NCBI GenBank assembly: GCA_963924565.1 | Contig: OZ004607.1 | Coordinates: forward strand, 28,024,001-28,088,000 | Length of the DNA: 64,000 nucleotides | Reading direction: 5' to 3' | Origin: Ascidiella aspersa | Taxonomy: Eukaryota | In this document: positions 24,423 to 38,704 of the stretch, one piece after another | How positions within the stretch are numbered: position 1 is the stretch's first letter | How the letters are laid out: the number at the start of each line of letters is the position of its first letter | Notes under the pieces: model-generated | The model's input: only the letters and a program-made list of their open reading frames with translations | What the model was told of the DNA's origin: nothing | The model's database searches: none | Program-made: the position numbers and the translations under genes

Positions 24423-27400
24423 GACTAAACCTATTTTTGTAGACTCATTTACCGGTAAAATATTTGTCGATATGCTGTATGCTAAAAGAATCCCTATAAT
24501 ATTCCTTTGATATTTTTAAGTGGCGAATCCATATTTGTTTTTAAAGGAATGGGACAGTTAGGTGGAAGTCAAAAAACATTTTTTGGCGAACAACTTAAAA
24601 ACAATAAAAAATATTTTGTTTGTCTTGTGTTTATAAAACTATTCACAAGGTTGACTTTATAACACACAAAAATATATTGATGCGGATTTTTGTATTCAAA
24701 ATCAAATTCTGGACAGGGCTGCTTGCACAAGCCGTTATGACTTCAAAAAAGCTATAATAGAGAAATTGGCAAGAGGCGAAAATTGCAAAGTTTAGTAAAC
24801 ATAAATTAGGTATTATAAACAAAATAAGATAATACTGCAAAAATGTCAAAAAAGAAAACTTTGGGAAATCTTAAATCTTTTTGTTCAGAATTAGAGATGT
24901 CTGATCCTGATAACCGATATTTTGAGAATCAAATACAGCCATCCGTAGCCTAATCGTCACGACCAAAAGTGATAAAATTGAAACGTATAAAATAAAAAGG
25001 TAATTGTTTTCAGCTTGAACTTAGGTCAGGAGAACAAACCTTTCTTTAACGTTAAAAGCCCAGGAACCTGATAAGTTCATTTATTTTTCTGTGAGAAAAC
25101 AAAACAGGTCGAAAAAGCTGCTTTTGTTTGCAAATCACGACTGAAATAACTGTTACAGTTTGATATTCGACAACAGATACAACCCTAGTATCTGACGAGT
25201 CCCAATACGATCTGGCCCTGGAGATCTGCTCCAATTCTACATAATTTTTAATTGTAATTCTAATAATTAACACTACATTACTTTTCCATTGCTATTAGTT
25301 TGTGGCCTATAGCGCTAAAATTGATTTTGAATTACTTTTAATTCAATTTTTATGCCCTAATAAAAAATATGCATGCAAAACGCGCTGAAATCCATAATTT
25401 TTAATGTAAAATTATAGGATTTGATTTTGGAAAGGAACATGGTATCAACATGTTTTGGAGATAAAGTGTAAAAGATTCGGTTGAAGCCAAATAAATTACA
25501 AGTAGAAGACAAGACCAAAGAGTCACTTCTATACTGTATACAGTTGGGAAACTTTAACTGAAAAAGCCATTTTTTTTTCAATTCTTGTGTAAATTGAATT
25601 ATATAAAGAAATCGACTTTAAAGTTTTCTTACACAAACTCAAATTTGTGCTTAGGCGTGAATTTGTTTGGCTATGCATCAACCTATGACCACATGTTGCA
25701 GTATAGGGTTGCTTCATCACCCTTAAACCGTCACCAAATGTGGCTGAAATTTTAATAATATTTGAACAGAGGTGTCGCTGCTGCACATTCTTCAAAAAAG
25801 GTTAACCTTAGCAGACTTGCACAACTAAAATTAGATTACGCCTACTATTAAAATTAGGGCATTTCAGTTTTTCCAAATTATATTAGAATTGAAATTTTAA
25901 ATAAAAATTGCATTGTTTTACCAATTTAGTTTAAATCCCACTTATTCTCAAAGGAATGTAAATGGCAAACATTGTTGTGGTAATTTTTTTTAAGTTTTAT
26001 AGTGTAGCGTATGCTTTTCAGGCTGTAAAAGTTACCTACTATAGTCGTTGCAACCAAGTTAAATTCTTTGTTTCAAATGAGAAACTAAAAATGCCGTTGG
26101 ACAAAGTAGCATTTTTGGTAAAATCCGAATTCAATTAGAACTAGAATTAGAGCATAACAAGCAATTCTTAAATTGGATTAGAATTAGAATTAACCACATT
26201 ATGTTCTAATTCGTTAAATTAGAAAACTAGAAATATCTAGTTATCCAAGTCTAAAACTAAGGCCTCGCAGCTTTATGTGTTCCTCCGACTCTTGGCTCGT
26301 AAGACTTTTCAAATGCTTTTGATTACAACAGATCCTCAATGTTACATTGCTATACCTAAACTAGTTTAGATTTTCCAAAAGATTTTTTCCCCACAAAACA
26401 ATTGCTGATGACCAACAATACCCTAAATAAGGATATGGTCGGATACCAAATTGTAGAATAGTTACTTATCGGATACGATGGTGGTATCGGTGCCGATTAT
26501 ATACAACATTAATATAGCAAAATTAGCCATGATTTTCACTCCGACGCAACGGCACTCACCTTGAAAAGTAACTTTATCAAAAAAATAATATGTTAATCAC
26601 TATCTTTATAACGCTCAATCAAGTTTCGCCATAAAACCAAATACAAATACCCTAACATAAAATAAATATAACTTTAAAGTTTAATCTGTTTTACTCGTTT
26701 CTGAATAGAAATAAAGTTTAATATGGGATCGGATCGAGATACGTTTTGTCTAGAATCGGCATCGCAACAACCGGACGTCCCTACCCTGAACATCCAAAAA
26801 GGTTTTAGCATGTACATGCACCAACTTAATATTTAGTCGCCGTTTATACAGTCTAGGTTTCTTCTACTGGCGCGTAGGTATGTTGTGCTTTTATATCGTT
26901 AATCAGTAACCTACTTCAAAGAAGCAGAAAATTTGGAGGGTAATTACATACTCATGCGTTTTCCCTTTAATAATAAACTGTTCAACACAATGCCACTGAG
27001 CAGCACATAAGCTGATTGCAATGCAAATAAGCTGCTTACAACAATTTTAACGAACCCGCAAAATCCCTCGCCTTGGTAAACACAAGGCCAGGCAGGCCTT
27101 GCTAGTTTCGTGAAATGTTGTGCATGTTTTTATAACCATGTTTGTATATCAATAATTGTTAGCCTTGGTGAAATATTTGCTTTGCAACGTAGGGCCTACA
27201 ACTGCACAACCTATTTTTTTTTATCATGTATGCATACAAAATGTAAACAGTTTAGTTTACCTTAATAAGAAAAGGGAAAAAAATTGAATTAAATCACGTT
27301 AAAGTATTAACTTGTCTGTAAGGCATTTTTGATAAGCCTCATTATTTGCCTTTGGCGCTATGCAAACAATTCATGTCATGTTTAGGATAATACTGTAACA

Positions 27401-28970
27401 AGAACAAAGAAATTAATTTTTGTCGAAAAAGTTCGATGTGGAAAGAACCTTGCAATGAATCACTCAATGACTAATGCAAACAATTCAAGCGAGCAATGAG
27501 CGCTAGCTACAAAGCAAGCTTACCACTTTGGTTTAGGAAATAACCTGACACAAAGTTGCTCATGAAAAATGATTAACCATGAAACGATTTACTTTACTGG
27601 AGAGGCTACACTGCAGAGTAGGCTTTACCAGTGCTGCAAATAACCACCATCGTTACACCACTGTTGCACATAAATTATGATGACACAGCTCAGTCTGTAA
27701 ATAAAATGAAATATTACAACATCCAGTATTTGCAGTCGACAAATACATCACAAAGCCAGTGGAAAAACCCTCAAATTCCTTGTATAATCCTGTTGAAAAG
27801 TGATTTCGACCATAGTTATTGCTTGAACATTGTAGGCTACTGGAATGAGTACTTTTAACGCAAGGCAGGAACACAAATTTCCTAAAAAGCGTTTATTTTG
27901 ATAACATAGCAACATGGCGTGAGGTCAGTTCATGAATATTTAAAAAAGCAGGTGACGGTAGTTTTACATAATCTTGCGTTCAGTATGACCAATTGACCGT
28001 AACGCCAAACAGTATAATAGGCTTTCCGTTGCCCAGCCTATCTGCGCTGGAAAATCACCCTGCGGCCAATAAACAACCATTAAGTGGTTGTGTCACGACT
28101 CCCTCCAAGTCACATACAGCACAAGAATTGCTCAATAAAAAGCATACACGAACAATGCTTCCTGGTCAAAGGGCATTTCCAGTACTGCTTGTTTGGCTTA
28201 GTCGGTGGCGCTTGGAATTGGAAAACTCGCAAAGCCACAGGCTTTATTAGTTTGCCTACAACCCAGGGATATTGTAGCCGAAGTCGATTTCATTGTCATT
28301 GCTTAAACGCATTGTTGAGCGTTTTTATATCGTTTCGCTTTGTGTCTAACGTTAAAACAATTTTACTAATACCAGATATTTGGTTTCTATTTTTTGCAGT
28401 AATCCCTTTCAGGAATAAACGTGTTCACAACCCGCGCATTAGAGTAGAAAAAAATTGTTTACATTAAATTAACTAAAATATTTGACAATTACTTGTAGGT
28501 GCCCTTTTTGACCACTTTTCGCTAAGGTGAATAAGAAAAACAACTTTTTGGAACCATAAATTTGCTTTATTCCGCTTGAACGTAACCAAAGTGTCGGGCT
28601 TTTTAAACAAAACGATTTAATTTGTTGAAAATCACCAGTAAAAATCAAATGAATACAAGGCCCAAGTTTATGCGGTTCTGAAAAGTAAGTGGCGCAAATC
28701 GCGACTTTACGTAATAAGACAAAAGAAAAGGTAAAATTTGAAATCAAAGTATAATAAAAAGGTACAGCATGCACACCAGCGATCACAATCGGTCGAACAA
28801 TAATAAAAGCACACGATTGCAAAACCGTCGATTTTTCGGCCCGTCGCACTTCGCACGGCGATTTCATCGCCCTTACGCTACGCTGAGCAATGTAAATTTA
28901 CCACAAGCCGGCGTAGAAAGTCCATCAGGAGTAATTCACCCGTTGGGAAACCTAGGTGGGCGCGCAAAGC

Positions 28971-31900
28971 TTAAGCCTGGTTCCACAAGGGGCGCGCGGA
29001 CAGCACGTCTTTGTCATGAATTTCGTGGTAAATATGTTGGGTATCTTCGGTTTTGCTGTCGCTGCCGCGCTTAGGACGCCGGACATGGACGTATTCGCCA
29101 GCAACCGGCCTGCTAGGGCGAGAAACCTGCTCTTGGTCGCGCGACATTGTGAAATAGGCAGGCGACGTTAGCATGCCGCCACCATAGGAAGACGCGTGGG
29201 CTGAGCTGCGTTCATTAGGTCCTACTCGCGCCTTGTCCATGGGTCGCACGCTTACGTAGTTGCCAGTCACTGGGACGCCGGTAGTGCGCTTTAACCTCTG
29301 CATCGTTTCGACGCCGAAGCTCGTCGAAGCGCCAGCACGGAAGGGTTCGTCGATAAGTGGTGGGTAACGAATCATCGACTCCGACCCGTAGATGTCCTCG
29401 TGCTCATCGGAGAGCTGTGACATGAACCGCCCGGCCCTGCTGCTAACGTGCTTGGCGCTGTGCGTTTCCGGCGCTTGCTTAGCGTGCGTGGCCATGCGAT
29501 GGCCGTAGGGGATTTTAAGCGGGGCTGGGTGTTTAATAGGAACGAATCCCGTGTCGTACCCCGGCTTCTCGGCCGCAAAGATCCTGCCTTCCGCGTAGGA
29601 GGAACGAGCCGATCTCGACGGCAAAGTGGCGCTGGTGTAGCTGGGAGGAACGATAGCCGGCGTAGAGAAGTTTCGTACGGGCTGGCCTTGTATCGTGTGA
29701 AAGTCTATCACCTGCGGCTGGTATTCTTTAAACCGTGATACCGGGATTGGAATGTCCACTTCCGCGCTGTTGCCCATTTTACGCGAGGCAATTACGCAGC
29801 GAACGTGCACCAGAAAGAAGTCCATGCCGGCGAGCATTAGTGAGTCCTTCCACGACGGCGCGGTGGTGAGGCTTTGTTGGTGGAAGAAGAAGGTCTGTTT
29901 GGGCGACGAGTATATGTAGCCTAGCTTTAGCATGAGCTCCTCAACGACGTCCTGATGGAAGTGGGCCGCGATGCCGTGGTGGTAGCTGCCGCTGTAGGTC
30001 TGAAAAAAACGAGTACAGTGTCACTACCGATGTTGTAATTAGTGCCGAAAAATTGTTTGGCAAACTCTGCCATATCCAATGTGCAGGTATGCAAAGGGGG
30101 TACAGTTAATGTTTTTAGAAAGACACAGTTGATGTTGACGTATGTGAGTCTTTCTGTTTTCGTGCCAGATATAATAACTAATAGACTTTTACTATTAAAC
30201 AACTAATTAGAAGTTTTTTTTAACTTTTTGAGGGTAGGCAGGTCCAGGGAGGTGCAAGGCAATGACCCATCAAAAATTCGCTAATGTTTGCCTGTTTTAA
30301 CTAAGGAAATGCCAAAATTGTTTCGCGTTTTGCACATTTCCTAATCTTGATTTATATGTCAAACAGTAAGTCAAACAGCAAAGTAAGAAAACCTTTTCAG
30401 CGCTATGCCGCTATGCGAACCATGTAACTCTATAAAAATATTTAGCTCTTGCAAGAATCTGGCTGTTGTATCTAAATTAACACCTAAACAACTTTTTTAA
30501 AGGCGACAAAGGTGAAAAGCGTTAGAGCACTGTAATAGGCTACAAAGTGGTGTCCAATATTGGAAAACAAAAAAGAGCATGATCAAAACGTGTTAATTCA
30601 CAATAATAAAGGCTAATTAGTAGGGCGATTATTTCTTGACCTGTCAAAACAGGCAAAATTTTGTCAAATTTTACATGATAGGTCAAAATTTGTTAAAATT
30701 ATTTCAAATGAAAATCATATAAAATGCACATAAATCGTTTACAAAATAAATAAAAAACTAAAGTCAGCTTTTTTAAATTGTCGTTCAGGTAAACTTTTAT
30801 CAAAAAAACAAATAGTTTTGAATTAAATCTAACGACATTTTAAGTGTAATAAATCCTAATTAGAGCAATATGCGGTATACGCGAGCCGGCAGAATTAACT
30901 ACGCACTATGCAGGCCTAGTTTATAGAATTAGGTTCAGTTCAAACGTTTTTTCTTTATACTGTTATGTATCTTTGAGTTGGACCAACGTATTGAACAATA
31001 TTTGCTGTATTTTTTGCTTGTGATTTGCAATTATCCTATTTCCTATGTCAATCATATGCAAGGTCTTTTTAATTTTCTGCAGTTATTTTTACGTTTTATT
31101 TCAACTGTTTACCAACATCTTTCTAAAATAACCAGCGTATTGTTTTTTGGGCGATTTAGTAGTTGTTTGTCGTTTTGAAATGACAAAAATATCAACTAAA
31201 TAAGAATTCTCATGAGTTTTGCATAAACCCGAAAAAATAACTGATTGCATTCGACCGGTCTAGTCAGTAAAACATCAAAAAGGCATGGTCAATGACGCGA
31301 AGACACTAATGCAGTAATTAAAACAACAATATGTTGTTTAAATCAATGTATTTCTAATAGGTCAAAATTTTGACAAAAAGATATATTTTTTGGTCCAAAT
31401 TTGTCCAAATTTCGATTTTTCAGTTAAAAAAATAATCACCCTACTAATTAGTAATCACAACAACTAAATTAGCATAGATATGTGCCACTGTTTTATTACT
31501 TTAAGTGTCTTACATATTCCACACAAAACTGCGTCCATAAAACAATATTTTTTCTTTTTTTAATTTTAAGGTAACTTGGTTTAAAAAGAAGCAAAATTTC
31601 TCTAAATATTTAATCTTAAAAAACATAATTTGTTATAAAATTTCTGATTGAAAATAATAAAAGTGTTTTAAATGCCCAGATGAGGAGTGGGAAAATGTGA
31701 AATGCAGATTGTTTTTTAAGTGTTACCCAAAATGGCATGAAGGGTACACAAACCTGTATTCTTAATGTATTTATTGTGATTAAACATTGTATATGTTTTT
31801 CATAGACCTTTTTGTCCCTTAACAAATGTTTAAAGAGGTACAGTTGGCCAAAGCTCCATACCATTTGTTATTTGTGACCTTAAAAATAATTTTGTCTTCT

Positions 31901-34570
31901 GGTTCCACTAACAGCCTGGTCTTACGGACTCTGGCCTGTGTTCGCAATTATCCACCTAACTTCATTTAACAGAACTTGCTAATGCAGCTCACATGCTTAA
32001 CAGTTTGCTAACTTCTTGTGACCTATATATATAGTAAGTATACATTTTTATGCAAGTGGTAAAATATTTACAAAAGTTTTTACTTTTAGTCTTAAAGACA
32101 TATGTGATTCATAATTGTTGTGTTCTTTTACCTTGATTTTGTAATAAGACTTTCTCCATGGTGCGCGAAGAATTCGCAATGCATACAAACTCAAAAGAAA
32201 GAAGACAGAAGCAAAACTTCCCCAGGTGTTCTTGATTTTGGCTTTCTTGTTTCTAGTAAATAAATTAAGAAAATAAATCACTTTTTGGTGAAAATTAAAC
32301 ACTTTTATTTCCATATAGCTTTTAACGAATAAGATAGACATTTATACGTTTATACAAGGAATGTGATCGGCTAATTACTGATTTTTTAGCTCATAACATA
32401 GTTTATTAAATATGACATGCTTAACCGAAGTAACAAGACTATGACGTTGTTAGAAAATTTATTGTTATTGAGGTTTAGACCCCTTCATGTAGGTATCATA
32501 AGGGTGATTGATTTTATGCATGCACAAAGTTTATATTTAGTACCTGCCCAATGCATAGTCTCAGTGCCAATTATATGGATCATGCATAGTATCAGTGCCA
32601 ATTATATGGCTATCAGTGCCAATTATATGGATAAGGTTTCTACAAACGAATCTGTTTCTTATTAAGCTTTATTTATGTGAGATTATTTTTCTTTTCAGTT
32701 TAAGCATAGTTTTGAAATTTTCTCAAACAAGAAAAATAATTTAAACAAGTTTTGTTCAAATTATTAAAACTGGTAAATTGCTCACTTAACCTGGTCTAAT
32801 TCAGGTATTTCGTGTAGTAGAATTATACTTTTTTATTTTCAGTAACCGCTCAAACTTACTTATATACAATGTCCTTAAATTTGCGCAGCGCATAGTATGG
32901 TGACCCTTCCAGTTGACTTGACGAGCATCTGTTGAGGTAACTTTCAGCAGCACTAAAAACCAGTTTGTACTCTTCACAGTCTTCAACACTATCTTCATCA
33001 TGACAGTAAACATCCAGACTACAAATGAAAAAGTAATAAGTTGATTAAACTTAAGTAAATTGACTGAAAAAATGTGTATAAATGTAACACCTTAACTTAG
33101 GGGAAATCCAAAACATAGTTAATTTAGTTATATAATAACTTCTGTCTTTGCAAAGGTAAAGAACATACTTTTTTCGTTACAGAAAATGCAGATAGTAACT
33201 TGGATATAGTGACTTTTCGTCTGTAACAACTCCTGTTAAAAATCTAGTTTAAAAACCATATGTTTTCAATTTAGTAATGACTTTGGTATAGTAACTATAT
33301 GTATGAACAGTTTCATTATGGTGACACTTCTCATTTTTCTGTACCTTGAGCTCAAAATTTCCGAATAATGACACTCATGAGTTTATGATGCAAAAATATA
33401 GTAGAAAAGGTTCATCAGCTGGTTGATAATGATAACGCTAATGTAATAAAAGCGTAAGCTACTGTGGCTTCTGGGTAATTTTCAAGCATTTTGTTCTTGT
33501 GATCTTAGGTCTCTTTGCATAAGCCAGGTTCATTGTCAGTGTGTAATTGATGTATCTATCATAGATATATAACTTTGTGAAATTCCTTAAAAAAAAGTCT
33601 GTTGCTAAATGCTTAAGAATACCAAAAGTTTTGTTATTAGGATGTACAATAATTGAATTTAGCTGGTCCGTTACCTCCATGTTCTACTGTAGTTATCTGC
33701 AGTCAGTTACCTTGAAATGTTCTAAAGCAGGGATGTCCAACCTGCGGCCCGCGGGCCACATTGCGGCCCGTCTGAAATTTTTGTGCGGCCCGACAGTCAT
33801 TTTCACTCCCAAGTAGTATTTTAAACGTTCAATATTAGCCTAATTAAATGTACCAGTCAGCTTTTAGGGGCGCACTAATAGTATAGTATGGGTAAAAAAA
33901 TATATATATAATTCTAAAGGCCCGTTATGACTCTAAATAGCAATACTTAATCTTGAAACTTAATAGGTTCTGCGGCCCATTAAATTATTTCAAGTGTCAA
34001 TGCGGCCAACTATAATAAAATGTTGGACATCCCTGTTCTAAAGTGTGGTACTTTTTTTAGGTCCATTCAGGTGGCACTATAAATGAATTCTACTGTATAT
34101 CAATTGACATATTATGATTAAAGAAACATCTTAAACCGTTTTGAACAATTTCACATGCCTTGCTTTTGAGTGATTGTAATATTATAACAGTAAACAATTT
34201 GTTGTACATCAAGCCATCAAAGGCTGATGATTAATCTGTATGATGACCTATCAGCCATAGCTCTATAACCTGAGCTTTCTCATGAGACAACAAGTCAATC
34301 ACTAAAAATAGGAGGGTTAAATTACAGACCACATGGGTCCAATGTAAGGTGATATTAAATCAAAACTATGTGGACCCCTGCAGTAACATCTACAGTTACT
34401 TCATCATTTAAGGCAATTAAGTTTTTTTTTATTTAGGTGCAGTGGTCTGACATCATATTTAGAACTAATTAAAGACATAAAACTTACCTTATTTCTGGAT
34501 TGGTAATAAATTGTTCTTTGTAAGTTGATTTGTAATGATTATAATCCATTCTTTTTCCATTATGCGACAT
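28971..34570 (-). CDS. SPATA2: SPATA2/SPATA2L/tamozhennic-like PUB-domain adaptor, 463 aa
   Basis: Exons 34488-34570, 32860-33018, 32132-32252 and 28971-29999 are all GT-AG and in phase. The spliced protein has AAESYL...YALRKFKDIV...FFLLSLYALRILRAPWRKSYYKIKTYSGSY...LMLKLGY...MDFFLVHVRC. This matches the SPATA2 PUB signature as I recall it (PWKKEFRSIKTYTG...MGY...FELFLAKVEC). Confidence 0.85.
30621..31443. mobile_element. hAT-type non-autonomous element in a SPATA2-like intron
   Basis: TIRs TAGGGCGATTATTT / AAATAATCACCCTA, perfect TSD CTAATTAG, subterminal GTCAAAATTT repeats. Confidence 0.85.
32551..32631. repeat. Short tandem repeat, TCAGTGCCAATTATATGG x3
   Basis: Visible directly in the sequence. 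Confidence 0.85.
33728..34035. mobile_element. hAT (Charlie-like) MITE in the first coding intron of the SPATA2-like gene
   Basis: TIRs CAGGGATGTCCAAC / GTTGGACATCCCTG, perfect TSD TTCTAAAG, GCGGCCC subterminal repeats. Confidence 0.92.
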
Positions 34571-35815
34571 GTGAATTGTGTATTTTTAACCAATTAAAAC
34601 AAGTACCATGTCTAATTGTCCATCTCCTACATATTTTTCAGTAACCACTGTAAAACATTTTTTTTTTAAGTTTAAATAACTTACAATAACCACAAGAATA
34701 AAACTTACAATTGTTTTACTATACAATGCTATTTTATGGTGTATGGCACACGAACAACAAAAAACACTGCAAAAGTGCTAAAAAACAATAGTTATAGTGT
34801 AAGAATGGTAATTGCCTTGTGACTTGTGAGGTTGAATGTTACAGGACGACAAGACCATTTCTCTGAGAGATCAACCTGCACTATGGGTCATAAAGATTTC
34901 AATGATTAAAACTGATATGAAACAACATATGGTAATGTAAAACATTGTTGACATAATACACAGTAGTATACTCAACATAACATATTACTGAATGTCTCAT
35001 GGCTAAATTCAACTGAGACACTAAGTTGTTTTTGTATTAATGTACCAAAATCCACTGAAACAAACATTCCCAAAAACATATCCCGCCTTCATAAAATATA
35101 TTGCCTATTGTCTGGTGACAGACACGCCTGGGGTTATGCTAAAATATAACTATCTCTGGCAAATTAGTTAACACAGAAAATCTTTCACTGAAATGTATCC
35201 TAACAAATGATGAAATATTCTGTATTGAACATTTCTGTTTTATAAAAAGTCCGTTATTCACACAGATTGAAACAAATAAGGATTTACATCAAATGTTGAT
35301 TACTTAGCAACATAATAGGCACTTGTTAAACCTGATTAAATGCTATTCAAAATTTTAACTGGTTTGGGTCATTCAAAGCTTGTTTCTTATAAATAAATCC
35401 TATCAGGGTGGTAACCAAACACAAGTTAATCTCTATGTGACTGCTGTACTAATTCAATTTAAAAAAAAAAATAAGTTGACGAGTTTAATTATGCACAGGG
35501 GGATGCTTAAATAAAATACCACAAGGGTAAAACAGAATGGCTTTGGAAGCATTTTTTAAACAGTACTGCTCAAAAATAAACTCTACATAGCTGACACAAT
35601 TTACAGCAAGCAAACTTCAATGACTGTAGCATCGAGAAACTTGTATGATCTATTTGACTAGCTATTTGGTCATACTGCCAATTAACTACCAAATTAACAA
35701 TTTTAAATATGCTGAACCAGCATGACACATTTTGTGGTTAAAACTGTATTTTATCGATGTTAACAAATTTTCTGCTCAAGGCTTACATTTTAGTTACACA
35801 TACAAAGACCAGTTA

Positions 35816-36022
35816 TTGGCGCTGGTCTAGAATCCTACCACAACGAAACACCATTTGGGTTAGGGTACAGGTTAGCGTTTGGGTTAAGGTAGGTCAAGTA
35901 TTATTATTAAATTTGGAATATAATAATACTTGACCCACCCACACCCAAACGCTAACCCGCATGCTAACTCAAATTTTGTGCGTTGATTTTAGAACTGTGG
36001 TAGGATTCTAGACCGGCGCCAA
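35816..36022. mobile_element. Foldback/MITE with telomere-like GGGTTA motifs; a second partial copy lies at about 36168-36322
   Basis: 27-bp TIR TTGGCGCTGGTCTAGAATCCTACCACA plus an internal inverted repeat. Flanks CAGTTATT / AAGTTATT overlap the outer two TIR bases. Confidence 0.7.
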
Positions 36023-38704
36023 GTTATTTGATAGCAGAGAAGGGCAACCAATAGAATCAGGTGAATAACTTTTTAAGTAACTGATAAGCTGTTTTTAAAA
36101 TTATTTTAATTAAGGAGAATCCTTCTACACATTTTAATAATTATTAAATTAACGTACACATGCATTATTTAGGTTAGGGTGAGCGGTGCGGGTTAGCGTT
36201 TGGATTCGTGTGGGTCAAGTATTATTATTATAATATTTATACTGTAACTTTGCAATTTCAATTTTGACTCTCTGGTTTGTTACTGTGCGTAAAGAAAGTG
36301 ACAGGATTCTAGACCAGCACCCCACAGACCTTTAAAAAAGAATGTTTGCAAATGCCAACAGCGAACAACTTAAATTGCCACCGTAAGCTGGAAATAGTAC
36401 CAAATTATTTTTTAATAAAAGTGACTTAAGAATGAAAAATAATGTTAAGCAACTGAGACAAGAACTTGTAATCCATCCTGATATTATTAAGAAATCTTTC
36501 TATGTCCACAAGCTCGGAACTAGCTTTAATAAATTAGGCCATAGCGCTTTCTAATATGAACTACGATAACAATGGCTGAACTCATAGGCATTTGTAGACT
36601 GCAACGAAGTGCCTTAAATCTGATCGACTTTGGCAAGTATTGTTTTAAATAAGTTATTTAATTTATTTGATATTCAACTATTGAAGATTAAACACTACCC
36701 TGGCAATAAGTTCGTATTACAGTTACCCTGAAGAAACAAATTAAACCCTGGCCGCCTTCAACAAATGTCAAACGAACGGTTTCTTTACAGCGTCAGCAGT
36801 CAGCACACAGGCTATCGTCTGTATGAAATCAGGCGTAGCGAGCTTTTCATTTCCTTTTTCCCTTTGGCGAGTCAATAAAATGCTCGGTTCTGTTGTTGCG
36901 TAGGAAATCACCGAACACCGTTTGGTCTTTCATGAGCTGAATGAAATTTCCCAGTCTTCGGTTGCCACCACATTTGCTTTGTAGACGTGTTCTCCGTAGG
37001 ATGTAATTTTAACCAGACTAAACGATCGTGGAACATAAATGTTCTGACATCATCGCTAGTTTAGGTTTATTATTGTGTGGCGGATCTAAACTAATGGTGC
37101 AATATTCTAACTAAGCCAAGCAGTTAATATACAGAGCTATGGCTGGAGGAAAATATACTCTGAATTCCCCATTACGATATTTGAAAAAAAAATGTCTAAC
37201 CTTTTTTCCTGCTAACCCATTCAAAAGTTCATAAAATTTTAACTAGAAACGTTGGTCTGTTAGTCACTTGTTTTTAATATACGGTTAATCAGGAATTTCG
37301 ACCAACAAATGAGCTTACTCTACAGCTGATTAGGGAGTTCCAAACTGTAAAACAGTATTTCTGGTTACAAATGTTTCTACTTGGACAAAAGCCTAAAAAG
37401 ATCAAATAAAAAAGAGACTCATAAAGAAGTAACTTTAAGAACACGAGACAGTTCGTCTTTTGTTACAGTTTTAGGTTGGAGAGTTGTTACTTTTAAGTAG
37501 GCCTACAGATTACAAAGATGTTACTGATTCGCATTGTGTTGCCAAATCTTTTTTCGAAGGTGCGATGAGACACTAGCCGCCTTCGGACTAAAACGATTTT
37601 TGAAAAAATGGTTATGACCAACAAACGAAGAACAACGTCGCCCTACCCCTGGATTCCTGCCTGTGACTTTCGGCAAATTCATGGTGCAAAGAACAACAAT
37701 ATTTGTAACATTCAATATGCTTGTCCAGTCACCAAACGTTCTAGTTTCGACTGTTTTTTACCCGGGTGTTTATTAAAACAAGCATAAAATTATTTTAAAG
37801 ATCTTATTAAACTGTTGCCTATTGAACTTTTAATCCATGCTTTTAAAGTGCTACAAATATGACCTTTTATTGTTGCTAAATCGTTAAGATAAAAATGCAA
37901 TATTGCACGATAAACAGATGAAAAAAATACTTGGATATACGTCACGGCAAAAATTGTGTCTCATAAATAAAGTGCAGGTTTATTTAAAGACATGAAAAAA
38001 TTTGAAAGGTTGATTTAAAGAACGTGAAAAATCTTTTAAAGAACGTGAAAAAATGCCACTTGAAAAATGCAACAAAAAGTTAGAAACACAACCGGCGAAC
38101 AATGGCGAAATAACAATGATATTAACACAGTAGCATTTGGAAAAATTCGAGAACGTTAGGCATAACGCATGGCCAAGTGCAAATATCCTACCAGCCTTGT
38201 CGAATCTGATTACCTCGTACACTTTCACTGACAATGTTTTTGTTGGATACAAACAGGTTAAACTGATAAGTGCAATACTTAAATTCGTACTTGCAGCAAA
38301 TATAAGTTGACCAAACCAGACACCAGACAAGTATGCGAAGTATAGCCCACGCGAAGCGGACAAAGAAAACAATACAGAACTCATATATCTGGTTTCGCGT
38401 AGCCTAGACAGAGGGAACAATCTACCGGCATCGGATGGCTACAATCTCGAAAGCAGAAGTTGCGGCATTCAAACACAAAATCAACCACGCAACGGAATAA
38501 AAAAATACATGACAAAAATCCTCGCTGGTTTTATACATTAAAGGTGCATACTGCATATGCTTTTCATAAAGACTATTTCGAGTGAGCAAAATTAACAATT
38601 TAAACGTAAACAGGTACAATGCAAACACCACACGAATACAGTCGGCGTGATGACCAAAGTCAATGAAATGAAGCCACAACGAAATTAGTTGCTTGTATCG
38701 AGGC

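Noticed and set aside
26554-26570. Consensus donor AAG|GTGAGT as a 5'UTR exon for the 23416-23937 ORF
   Set aside because: It is an isolated motif inside repeat-like sequence with no other support.
24892-26783. Possible large degenerate hAT element (TAGAGATGTC ... GACGTCCCTA)
   Set aside because: The TIR match is weak and there is no convincing TSD.
32551-32631. CRISPR-like repeat array
   Set aside because: It is a eukaryotic intronic tandem repeat with no unique spacers and no cas genes.
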